The notes under the pieces were generated by a model that was not told the DNA's origin, searched no databases, and was given only the letters and a program-made list of their open reading frames with translations. Positions 9,171 to 17,291 of a stretch of 64,000 bases of DNA are shown piece by piece. Each line of letters opens with the position of its first letter. Position 1 is the stretch's first letter. The position numbers were made by a program, and so were the translations under genes. Source of the stretch: a virus; the IMG/VR virus record IMGVR_UViG_3300045988_147927, positions 128,001 to 192,000 of that record; one strand, given 5' to 3'.

Positions 9171-9232
9171 ATAATCATGGTAAAAAAAGATGAGAAATGA
9201 AAGTAGCGAAAGTTAATAGCCTTCACTATTAT

Positions 9233-9386
9233 AAATACCACCTTGTAATGTCTGTTAAGGTCATATCATATAGTTTACAATAATTACTAGATTGGTTTAG
9301 GGTCTTGTATGAAAATGCTAATCTAGTGGTCATGTGAGTATAATTGTAAACTTTGATGTGATTAGGATATTTATAGGGTGGTATTT
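9233..9386. repeat. large imperfect palindrome
   Basis: Three matched blocks on each arm: aaataccacc/ggtggtattt, agtttacaat/attgtaaact, actagatt/aatctagt. Confidence 0.45.
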
Positions 9387-9388
9387 TT

Positions 9389-9745
9389 TTGCTTGAAAAT
9401 GAAGATATTGAAAAGTACTCTTTTGATGACATATTAAAGAGTGCAGAAGCTAACTTTAATTTAATACTAGATGAGATAAGTTCATGTATTTATGTAAAAG
9501 ATTTTGAAAGTATTATGATGTTGCCTGAAAATTTCATTGTCGAGGGTTTAACTTATAATGAAATGTATAATAAGTTATTAGGGTATTATTCTTATCAAAT
9601 ATCTATGTTGGAATCGCAATATGGAAAAAGAAAAGGGTTTTTAACATTCATAAGGTCTCTGGATAAAATCTTTAGAAATCATGTCAAACTTGTTACTGAT
9701 AGATTGTTAAGAGCTGGTATTGTACTCCCTGTTTATATTCATTAA
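9389..9745 (+). CDS. hypothetical protein
   Basis: TTG-start ORF per the track; no motif. Confidence 0.4.
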   Translation: MLENEDIEKYSFDDILKSAEANFNLILDEISSCIYVKDFESIMMLPENFIVEGLTYNEMYNKLLGYYSYQISMLESQYGKRKGFLTFIRSLDKIFRNHVKLVTDRLLRAGIVLPVYIH

Positions 9746-9765
9746 TAAGAGAAGGAGATTGAATT

Positions 9766-11328
9766 ATGAATTTTATGGAAGCATTAAAGAATAATGAAAA
9801 AGTATTGACAGAGAATGGTGCGGTTGCCTATGCTACAAGTGGTAGTTATCTAGTAGATATTAATAATTCAGTACCTAAGTTACGTAAATTATCAGTAATT
9901 CATATGGATAATGGTAATGATGATAGTGCTAAAGAAATCATTAAAATGTTTTCTGATGCAGTACAAGAAGATTCTAATTATGCATTAAAGTGGTTAATGT
10001 ATCTTAGGGATATTCGAGGTGGTATGGGAGAGCGTTCGTCTTATCGTATTATTTTAAAATATATAGCTGATAATGCTTTTGAGGTTTTTGATAGATTATT
10101 ACTATCTAAGAAGTTAGAAGATATTGGAAGATATGATGATTTATTATATCTTTGGTATAAAACTAAAAACAGTAAATCTAAAGAGTTGTTGTTTGCATAT
10201 TTAAAAGCACAGTTTCTAGATGATATTAGAGGCTTTGAAGGTGGTAAATCTATCTCATTGTTAGCAAAATGGTTGCCATCTGAAAACACTTCATCTAGTG
10301 ATACTAGAAATATGGCTAAGGCTTTTAGAAAATCTTTAAGACTAACTTCTAAGATGTATAGAAAGTACCTATCAGCTCTACGTAAACATTTAGATGTTGT
10401 AGAGCGTAAGATGTCTAGAAATATGTGGGAAGATATTGATTATAATAAAGTTCCATCTAAGGCAAATCTAATTTATAAGGGTGCTTTTATGAGTCATGAT
10501 TCAGAGAGGAGAAATTCCTTTTTAGAATCTGTTAAAAATGGTAATGCTAAAATTAATGCCAATAGTATGTATTTATATGATATCATTAATAAATACATTG
10601 ATTCTTATGGTTGGAGATGTAATGTATTGCCTTTAGATGATACTTTAGAGGCATTGTGGGATTCACAAGAAGTACCTGAAAGTTATGAAGATATTCTAGT
10701 TGTGCGTGATGGTAGTTCGTCTATGTTATGTGGTGTTAGTACATCTTCAAGTGTTAGTGTTATGGATGTTGGAGATTCTTTAACATTGTATACTGCACAA
10801 CATAATAAATCTAAAGAATTTAAAAATAAGTTTATTACATTTAGCCACAGTCCAAAATTCGTTGATTTATCTAGTTTTGATACATTACATGATAAGTTGC
10901 GTGAATTGAGACATAGATATACTGATTGTAGTAATACTGATGTTGCAAGCGTCTTCCACTTAATTTTAGAGACAGCTATAAAACATAAAATGAAACAAGA
11001 GGATTTACCTAAAACTGTTTTAGTTGTTTCAGATATGCAATTTGATAGGGCTATGGGTAGGTATGGTGAGTCTTTATTTGATACTTTGTCAAGACAATAT
11101 AAAGAAGAAGGGTATAGTTTACCTAGGTTAGTTTTTTGGAATGTCGGTTCATATGATAATACAATTCCTTTACAACAGAATGAGAAGGGGTTAGTGTTGA
11201 TGAGTGGTTTCTCTAAATCTAATTTAGATATGTTATTGAGTGATAACTTAGACCCTCTTAGTGTTTTAAAAGATGAGTTAGATAGAAAATACTCATTTAT
11301 TGATAATATTATACCTAAAAGTGTGTAA
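9766..11328 (+). CDS. DUF2828-like protein with vWA-like C-terminal region
   Basis: RBS aaggag. N-terminal LTENGAVAYATSGSYLVD and DIRGGMGERS resemble the DUF2828 signature. Later VVRDGSSSM and VVSDMQFD resemble vWA strands. Confidence 0.55.
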   Translation: MNFMEALKNNEKVLTENGAVAYATSGSYLVDINNSVPKLRKLSVIHMDNGNDDSAKEIIKMFSDAVQEDSNYALKWLMYLRDIRGGMGERSSYRIILKYIADNAFEVFDRLLLSKKLEDIGRYDDLLYLWYKTKNSKSKELLFAYLKAQFLDDIRGFEGGKSISLLAKWLPSENTSSSDTRNMAKAFRKSLRLTSKMYRKYLSALRKHLDVVERKMSRNMWEDIDYNKVPSKANLIYKGAFMSHDSERRNSFLESVKNGNAKINANSMYLYDIINKYIDSYGWRCNVLPLDDTLEALWDSQEVPESYEDILVVRDGSSSMLCGVSTSSSVSVMDVGDSLTLYTAQHNKSKEFKNKFITFSHSPKFVDLSSFDTLHDKLRELRHRYTDCSNTDVASVFHLILETAIKHKMKQEDLPKTVLVVSDMQFDRAMGRYGESLFDTLSRQYKEEGYSLPRLVFWNVGSYDNTIPLQQNEKGLVLMSGFSKSNLDMLLSDNLDPLSVLKDELDRKYSFIDNIIPKSV

Positions 11329-11349
11329 AACATAGATTGTTTGTATATA

Positions 11350-11384
11350 ATAGAGTAGATATATGATATCTACTCTATTTTTGT
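11350..11384 (+). terminator. rho-independent terminator
   Basis: 13-bp stem atagagtagatat / atatctactctat, 3-nt loop, then TTTT. Confidence 0.7.
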
Positions 11385-11387
11385 GTT

Positions 11388-11426
11388 ATAATAATTATAA
11401 GAGTGTTTTGGTCTTATAATTATTAT
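11388..11426. promoter_or_regulatory. 14-bp perfect inverted repeat upstream of the sigma gene
   Basis: ataataattataag - 11 nt - cttataattattat. Confidence 0.45.
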
Positions 11427-11443
11427 AGTTTGGGGAATATTGA

Positions 11444-12040
11444 ATGGCTTTACAATTATATGAAGATGATTTAAATAATGAAGAGGTATTATCTAAGAAA
11501 TTAATAACTTTAGCAGAGATTGTTGTTAGAAAGCACTTTTATGCGAGTACAGCTGATAAGGATGATTTAGTTTCTATAGGTGTTCTAAAGGCTATTAGGA
11601 TGATTCATTCTGATAATTTTAGAAGTGATAAAGGTAATTTGTGTACTTTTTTGTATACTGGTATGAGGAATGATATTCACAATTATTTATATCATAAAAA
11701 TAAGTTTGATACTGTTGATATAGATAATACTTTTGATGATGGTGGAAAATTAGATTTTTATTTTGAAGATGAAGTAGCTAAGATAGATTACTCTTTAGTT
11801 CATTTAATATGCATGAAGTTTTCTAAGCAGTTTGGTAATTTTATTGAAGATGAGGTTATTAAAAAACTAAAGTACTATGGATTTACTATTGATGGTTATG
11901 TGGAAAAAGAGAAGGTTGACACATCTATTAGGGTAGACATTTCTTGTAGGGAAGATATTGTGCAACGTGCTTTAGGTCTGTTGTTTTGGGAATTGAAGCA
12001 ACATGAGATGAGTGTAATGTTACAGAATGGTTTAGATTAG
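11444..12040 (+). CDS. phage RNA polymerase sigma factor-like protein
   Basis: Sigma70 region-2-like segment DDLVSIGVLKAIRMIHSDNFRSDKGNLCTFLYTGMRNDIHNYLYH. Confidence 0.55.
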   Translation: MALQLYEDDLNNEEVLSKKLITLAEIVVRKHFYASTADKDDLVSIGVLKAIRMIHSDNFRSDKGNLCTFLYTGMRNDIHNYLYHKNKFDTVDIDNTFDDGGKLDFYFEDEVAKIDYSLVHLICMKFSKQFGNFIEDEVIKKLKYYGFTIDGYVEKEKVDTSIRVDISCREDIVQRALGLLFWELKQHEMSVMLQNGLD

Positions 12041-12053
12041 GGGTTATATAGAT

Positions 12054-12500
12054 ATGAGTAGTTCTTTTGGTTCTCTTTCTACTATTACTATGAGTGATGA
12101 CGAGAAGGATTTATTTGCTGAGTATTTACAGATTAGTATAGGGAATCCTGTATTAGAATTTGTTAGGTATTTACTTGGTGATGATTATTTAAAGTTTGTT
12201 GATATATGTAGTGGCACAAACTTTACAATACCTAGTAATAGGGCTTTAGAGAGGGATATTAATTATATTAAAATATTTTTGTATGTTAAAAAATCAAATT
12301 TTACAAATGGTTCTATAGTTGATGCAGGTAGTGTGTATAAGAAAACAGAGTTAGCAATTAAAAGAATTGTGTTAAAGGTTTCTAAAGTACTTGGTATTGA
12401 AGATGAGTTAAGAGGTGTTGCTTTAGAGAATTATATAGAAAATATAAAATCTTGTGAAAATAAGAGTAGTGTTAAAGAGGGTTGTGTTGAGGATAGTTAA
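12054..12500 (+). CDS. hypothetical protein
   Basis: ORF between the sigma and packaging genes. Confidence 0.4.
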   Translation: MSSSFGSLSTITMSDDEKDLFAEYLQISIGNPVLEFVRYLLGDDYLKFVDICSGTNFTIPSNRALERDINYIKIFLYVKKSNFTNGSIVDAGSVYKKTELAIKRIVLKVSKVLGIEDELRGVALENYIENIKSCENKSSVKEGCVEDS

Positions 12501-13195
12501 TGACATCTCCTATTGATAATGAAGATTTGATATCAATACTTTCAAAAGGTAGTGATACAAATGATGATACTAAGGAAAGTGATAACACTATAGATGTAGA
12601 GTGTAGTGTTAATGATACAGAAGATGTTGAAGAAGAGAGTAGTGGGTTAGTTAGTAGTAAGAAGAAAAATGGAAGTTCTGTTCAGAGTTCTTTATCAAAT
12701 CTAGCAACTGCTATAGAGGTATTGAATAGAAAGAATGAGGATACGGAGAATACTTTTAAGGGTAGTGGTGATGTAGGTACTGATTTAAGTCGGTGGATTG
12801 ATGGTAAAGATTTAACACCATCTGATGATTTAAATAGATATGTAAGTTCCTCAGATGTTAAATTCAAATATGGGTTATCACATAGTACCATGAATAATTT
12901 TGATTTAATGACAAAATTAAAGAAGTTTTTAGATGGTGCTAATGAGATGTTATTTAATGAGGAGGCTGTACTAAATTTATCTCCTTATGAATTAGAGAAT
13001 AGGGTGAGAACTGCATTTACGATGTATGCTGAGCTTGCTAAGATTAATCAAAGGACTGTTTTAGCTTTAGAGCAACAACGTAGAAGATATAATGATGGTA
13101 CGAGTGAGGTTGATAAGTTAGCATTACTATTATCATCAGTGCCTACAGAAAAACTCAAAGATATTTTGACAGCTGTTCAGAAAATGGAAGGTTGA
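12500..13195 (+). CDS. hypothetical protein (small terminase only by position)
   Basis: Immediately upstream of terL; acidic N-terminus; no diagnostic motif. Confidence 0.35.
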   Translation: MTSPIDNEDLISILSKGSDTNDDTKESDNTIDVECSVNDTEDVEEESSGLVSSKKKNGSSVQSSLSNLATAIEVLNRKNEDTENTFKGSGDVGTDLSRWIDGKDLTPSDDLNRYVSSSDVKFKYGLSHSTMNNFDLMTKLKKFLDGANEMLFNEEAVLNLSPYELENRVRTAFTMYAELAKINQRTVLALEQQRRRYNDGTSEVDKLALLLSSVPTEKLKDILTAVQKMEG

Positions 13196-13198
13196 TAG

Positions 13199-14057
13199 AT
13201 GAATAGTAGGGTAGAGGATTTATTAGGTTCTTCTAGTTCTTATACTTCCATGACAGATAAAGAGAGAGAATACTTTATAGCACTTCTTAAAGAGGAGATG
13301 CACAAGAGGGAAGAGTCTGGTAAGTATGAGCAGATACGTGATATTGTAAGAATTGAAGAGTGGATTAATTCTGATTATTACATAGGGACAGACCAAAAAA
13401 GTATATACCCATACTGGAAAGATTTTATAGTAGACATATTCAGAGATACTAGAAAAGATAGTGAAAAGATTAATTCCGTCATATTAAGTGGTTCAATCGG
13501 CGTTGGTAAATCAACTGTTGCTGAGTTAATCATGATGCGTAAGATGTATGAGTTGTCTTGTTTTAAAAATATCAATGCTATGTTTAACTTAATGTCTAAA
13601 ACTAATATAATGTTCCTGTATTTTTCAGTAAGTCAAAAACAAGCTGAGCGTACTGGGTTTGGTGAGTTTAGGTCTTTGGTTGACAGTTCTCCTTATTTTA
13701 ATGAGAACTTTTTACGTAATCAAAGATTGTCATCTTTATTAGTGTTTCCAGAGGGTATTAATTTTGCATATGGTTCTAGTGCTAGTGATAGTATTGGTAT
13801 GTCAGTTATATGTTCAATGCTCGATGAAGCAAACTTTTTGGGTGGTAATGGGCCTTCTAATGATAGTGAGAAAGCAACAGATTTATATGCTAATATAGTT
13901 AATAGGTCTAATTCTAGGTTTATTGTTGATGGTGGTGTCAATCATTCATTAAACATTTTAGTTTCATCAGCAACCTTTGAAAATTCTGCTACTGAGCGTC
14001 AAATTAGGTTATCTAGGAATGACCCACATACGATTGTTGCCGCACCAGCTCAATGGG
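13199..14057 (+). CDS. terL: terminase large subunit, exon 1 (ATPase)
   Basis: Walker A GSIGVGKST, Walker B SMLDEANF, coupling motif VSSAT. The ORF runs into a stop at 14065 inside the insertion. Junction is +/- a few nt. Confidence 0.8.
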
Positions 14058-14560
14058 AAAGATAGCAGTATGTAACTCTACATACTGTATAAAAACCCCT
14101 ATTTCATAAGTGATTATGAGATAGCTTGAATTTAAATACTAGGAAATCCTAAAGCTAGTTAAACTACAGCATAATTGGAAACAGTAAGTGCGAATGTTGC
14201 GAAAGTAGAAAGAATTAACTAGATGGCATATGGTGAAATAAAAGCATGTCTTGTGATAAGATATGTCCTAAGTGCTGTAAATAATGGATGTTTAGTTACC
14301 AACTATTACATTTTGTGTAGTAGAGGTTCAACGACTAGGAGATTGAGTCTCCCTGATTAAATGTCAGATAACCTCTATAGGGTAGAGGGAAAGTAAAGCT
14401 ACAAGCATTTATAATGACAAGACATTATAAAAATGGTAGAAGAAAAATATTCACATCTTTTTGTTAAGATGAACAAATAGTCTACGCTTATGTGAAAGCA
14501 TAAGAGGTCTGCTAGTGATAGTAAGACTGCGTTAGAGGTTGCGTTCTAGCGTGAATAAGA
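14058..14560 (+). ncRNA. group I intron ribozyme core (ORF-less part)
   Basis: Shared blocks with the capsid introns: cctaaag, actaca, gttgcgaaagtagaaa, ggtgaaataaaag, gttcaacgact, atagtct + gtgaaagcat hairpin. Confidence 0.65.
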
Positions 14561-14594
14561 TAAATATGTCTAAATTATAATATTACACGTAAAG

Positions 14595-14622
14595 TTGACA
14601 CTCTTAATGTTTTCTATATAAT
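14595..14622 (+). promoter_or_regulatory. near-consensus sigma70 promoter inside the intron
   Basis: TTGACA - 16 nt - TATAAT, upstream of RBS gaggagg and tnpB. Confidence 0.65.
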
Positions 14623-14734
14623 TTAAGTTGTATAGAGAGGAGGTGTCAGCTTGGAATAAAAATTAAATAGTAACGATAACAAAATATATAGGTCAGTTAA
14701 GATTAGGTTATTACCAACAAAAGAGCAAGAGATT

Positions 14735-15877
14735 TTGTTTTGGAAGAGTGTAGGTGTTGCTAGATGGTCTTATAATTACTTTTTATCAGAGAGTTATAGG
14801 GTATATCAAGAATGGTTAGAAGATAAAAGTAAACCAAAGCATATATCTGAGATGGAGGTTAGAAAGTATATTAATAATCATCTTAAAAAGACTACACATA
14901 CATGGCTTAAAGAGGTTGGAAGTAATGTAATGAAACAGGGTGTCAAAGATGCCAACATAGCATTACAGAATTTCTTTAAATATAACAAAGGTTATCCTAA
15001 GTTTAAATCTAAGAAAAGGTCTAAGCCTAGTTTCTATGTTAATTACGAAAGTTTAAAACGTACACCAAATGGATTTCGTGGTGAGAGAATTGGTTATGTT
15101 AAAACTAAGGAATCACTACCTATGATTGGTAAGAATCAAAAATACCGTAGACCTAGAATTAGTTTTGATGGTAGATTTTGGTACTTATCTGTTAGCTTTG
15201 AGGTTAAGAGGTTAGATGTTAAATTATCAGATACTAAGTTAGGTATAGACTTGGGCATTAAAGAGTTAGCTGTTGTTTCTAGTCAGAGTGGTACTGATAT
15301 TAAGAAGTATCATAATATAAATAAAACTTGTGAAGTAAAGAGATTAGAGAAAAAGCTAAAACGTGAGCAACGTAAGTTTTCACGTAAGATTCTTGTACAT
15401 AAAGGTCTTTGTAATAATAAAACTAATCATAAAAAAGAACTAGAATTATGTAAAAACATTCAAAAACAAAAGAGTATAATTCAGAGATTATATAGACGAT
15501 TGTTAAATATCAGGACTAATTATTTACATCAAACAACTACTGAGATAGTGAAAACCAAACCATCTCATATAGTTTTAGAAGATTTGAATGTTAGTGGAAT
15601 GATGAAAAATCGTCATTTATCAAAGTCTATTATGTGTCAAAAATGGTATGAGTTTAGGAGACAGATAGAGTATAAAGCTGAATTATATGGTATTGAAGTT
15701 GTATTAGCAGATAGATTTTATCCTAGTTCTAAGACTTGTAGTTGTTGTGGTAATGTCAAGAGAGACTTAAAATTATCTGACAGAGTATATAGATGTGATT
15801 GTTGTGGTAATGTTGTTGATAGAGATGTCAATGCATCAATCAATTTAGCTAATTATAATATAGAAAGTGTCAAATAA
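14735..15877 (+). CDS. tnpB: TnpB-like RNA-guided nuclease (IS200/IS605 OrfB family)
   Basis: RuvC residues in GIDLGIKE, VLEDLNV, DRDVNASINL. Zn ribbon CSCCGN...CDCCGN. Homology to the second TnpB extends upstream to about 14660 (SVKIRLLPTKEQ), but the RBS-proximal TTG at 14651 is followed by an in-frame TAA. Confidence 0.85.
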   Translation: MFWKSVGVARWSYNYFLSESYRVYQEWLEDKSKPKHISEMEVRKYINNHLKKTTHTWLKEVGSNVMKQGVKDANIALQNFFKYNKGYPKFKSKKRSKPSFYVNYESLKRTPNGFRGERIGYVKTKESLPMIGKNQKYRRPRISFDGRFWYLSVSFEVKRLDVKLSDTKLGIDLGIKELAVVSSQSGTDIKKYHNINKTCEVKRLEKKLKREQRKFSRKILVHKGLCNNKTNHKKELELCKNIQKQKSIIQRLYRRLLNIRTNYLHQTTTEIVKTKPSHIVLEDLNVSGMMKNRHLSKSIMCQKWYEFRRQIEYKAELYGIEVVLADRFYPSSKTCSCCGNVKRDLKLSDRVYRCDCCGNVVDRDVNASINLANYNIESVK

Positions 15878-16063
15878 AAGATACTCTATATATGTACCTA
15901 TCGTTACTAGGGAATTTAAGCCTTTGGGGTGTTATAACAAACAAGAGTAGTTGAAGTTATTTTAACAACGAAATTGAACGTAATGATTAAGGAAGATATA
16001 TCGTGAGGTATATCAAAGTGTAAGTGTGTGATATTTATAATATGTACATATTTATCGTAACGG
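15878..16063 (+). ncRNA. candidate omega-RNA scaffold / intron 3' segment
   Basis: Position immediately 3' of tnpB up to the exon-2 boundary; local hairpins (gatata..tatatc, gttg..caac). Inference from TnpB biology. Confidence 0.4.
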
Positions 16064-17277
16064 ACGTCAAGCCAAACAATTTTAGTAAAAAGTTCTTCTA
16101 TGTATTTAAAGGTTCTAATTACTTAGAGGCTAATATCGTTAATTCTACAGATGATGTAAATAACTTTAGGGTTTCTGAGGGATTAGGGAAGCAGAAGTAT
16201 ATTGATGGATTAGAAGATTATAAATCTATTAATAAGGCTATTGAAGAATTACCTCCACATATGCAGACTAAGTTTTTAAGAGTTCCTGTAGATTTGAGGG
16301 CTGGTTTTGAGACTAACTTATTGAGGTCTTTACAAGATATTGGTGGTGTATCTACAGGCTCACAAGGTAAGCTATTTAGTTCTCCTATGGTATTACAAGA
16401 TTGTGTTGATGAGAATAGGCATCACCCATTCGTTTCTAAAGAGATAATAATTTCTACTGGTGATGATATTCAAGTTAAGGATTATTTAAGAGATGATTTT
16501 AGGTTAAAGTATCCTGAGAGACCTAGATATTTACATATTGACCAATCATTTAGGACAGATAGTACTGGTATATCTAGTGTGTATGTTGATGATATTATAG
16601 AAGAAGATGGTGTTAAGAAGCCTGTTTTTGGTGTTGATTTTATGCTACGTATCAATCCACCTAAATCACCTAAGAAGATAGCTATATATAAGATACGTAA
16701 TTTTGTCATTTATCTTGCTAATACAGTTGGTATGAGGATAGGTAAGTTGACATATGATATATTCAATTCTGAGGAATCAAGACAGATTCTTGAAGAGATG
16801 GGGTTTAATGTTGGTTATTTGTCAGTAGATAGAACTGATAGACCTTACCTTGATTTAGTAGAGATTATGTATGAGAAGAGGATTAAGTTATATGACTATC
16901 CTATTTTGAGGTATGAGTTACTTAATCTTTTACATGATAGGGTTAAAAGGAAAGTAGACCACCCTAAAGTAGTTACAGATGCAGGGTTTGTTGATTATGA
17001 TGGTAAAGGTAATGATGGTGTTACAGGGACTAGGGTAGGTTCTAAGGATGTTGCCGATAGTTTATGTGGTGCTATTCAAAATGCTTTGCAGAGTACTGTT
17101 TCTGATGCAGAGGGGAATAAGGGAACTTTTAATGATTTTCTTATTGCAAATCGTATAGGTTCTTATGTTGGTATAGATACACCTAATGATGTTTCTGTAG
17201 AAGAGTTAATTGATAGACAGATTGATGATATGATAGAAGATATTGAAGTATATGGTATCAATAATTTTAGATATTAA
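16064..17277 (+). CDS. terL: terminase large subunit, exon 2 (nuclease half)
   Basis: Continues exon 1 in frame (...AQW|DVKPNNF...). 859 + 1214 nt = 2073 nt, i.e. 691 codons including the stop. Confidence 0.8.
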
Positions 17278-17291
17278 GAAGAGGTTATTAT

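Larger units (their letters stand above)
14058..16063 (+). mobile_element. IStron-like element: group I intron core + tnpB + 3' structured tail
   Basis: Splits terL. The 5' ~500 nt share ribozyme blocks with the three capsid-gene introns. It also has an internal promoter, tnpB, and 186 nt of structured RNA before exon 2. Confidence 0.7.

Noticed and set aside
10683-11333. 216-aa minus-strand ORF, and all other minus-strand ORFs in the track (for example 25665-26129, 45878-46372, 29852-30205, 52384-52779)
   Set aside because: Each lies entirely antisense to a longer + strand gene with motifs or RBS support. They have low-complexity or hydrophobic compositions typical of antisense frames in AT-rich DNA, and none has an RBS or a promoter context.
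14320-14345. tRNA-like T-arm sequence (ggttcaacgact), recurring at about 36755, 37305 and 38782
   Set aside because: It recurs at equivalent positions in all four introns and is flanked by other shared intron blocks. No cloverleaf or anticodon arm can be drawn, so it is interpreted as part of the group I core.
14651-14660. Stop-codon reassignment (TAA read as sense) to explain the in-frame TAA in tnpB-1
   Set aside because: TAA, TAG and TGA all terminate well-supported genes throughout the window, and no other gene needs readthrough.
13199-17277. Two independent terminase proteins (ATPase and nuclease as separate genes)
   Set aside because: The first ORF stops only a few codons past a conserved region. 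The second lacks a plausible RBS or start (GTG 16024 lies within structured RNA). The intervening DNA has group I blocks shared with the capsid introns, and in-frame junctions exist.
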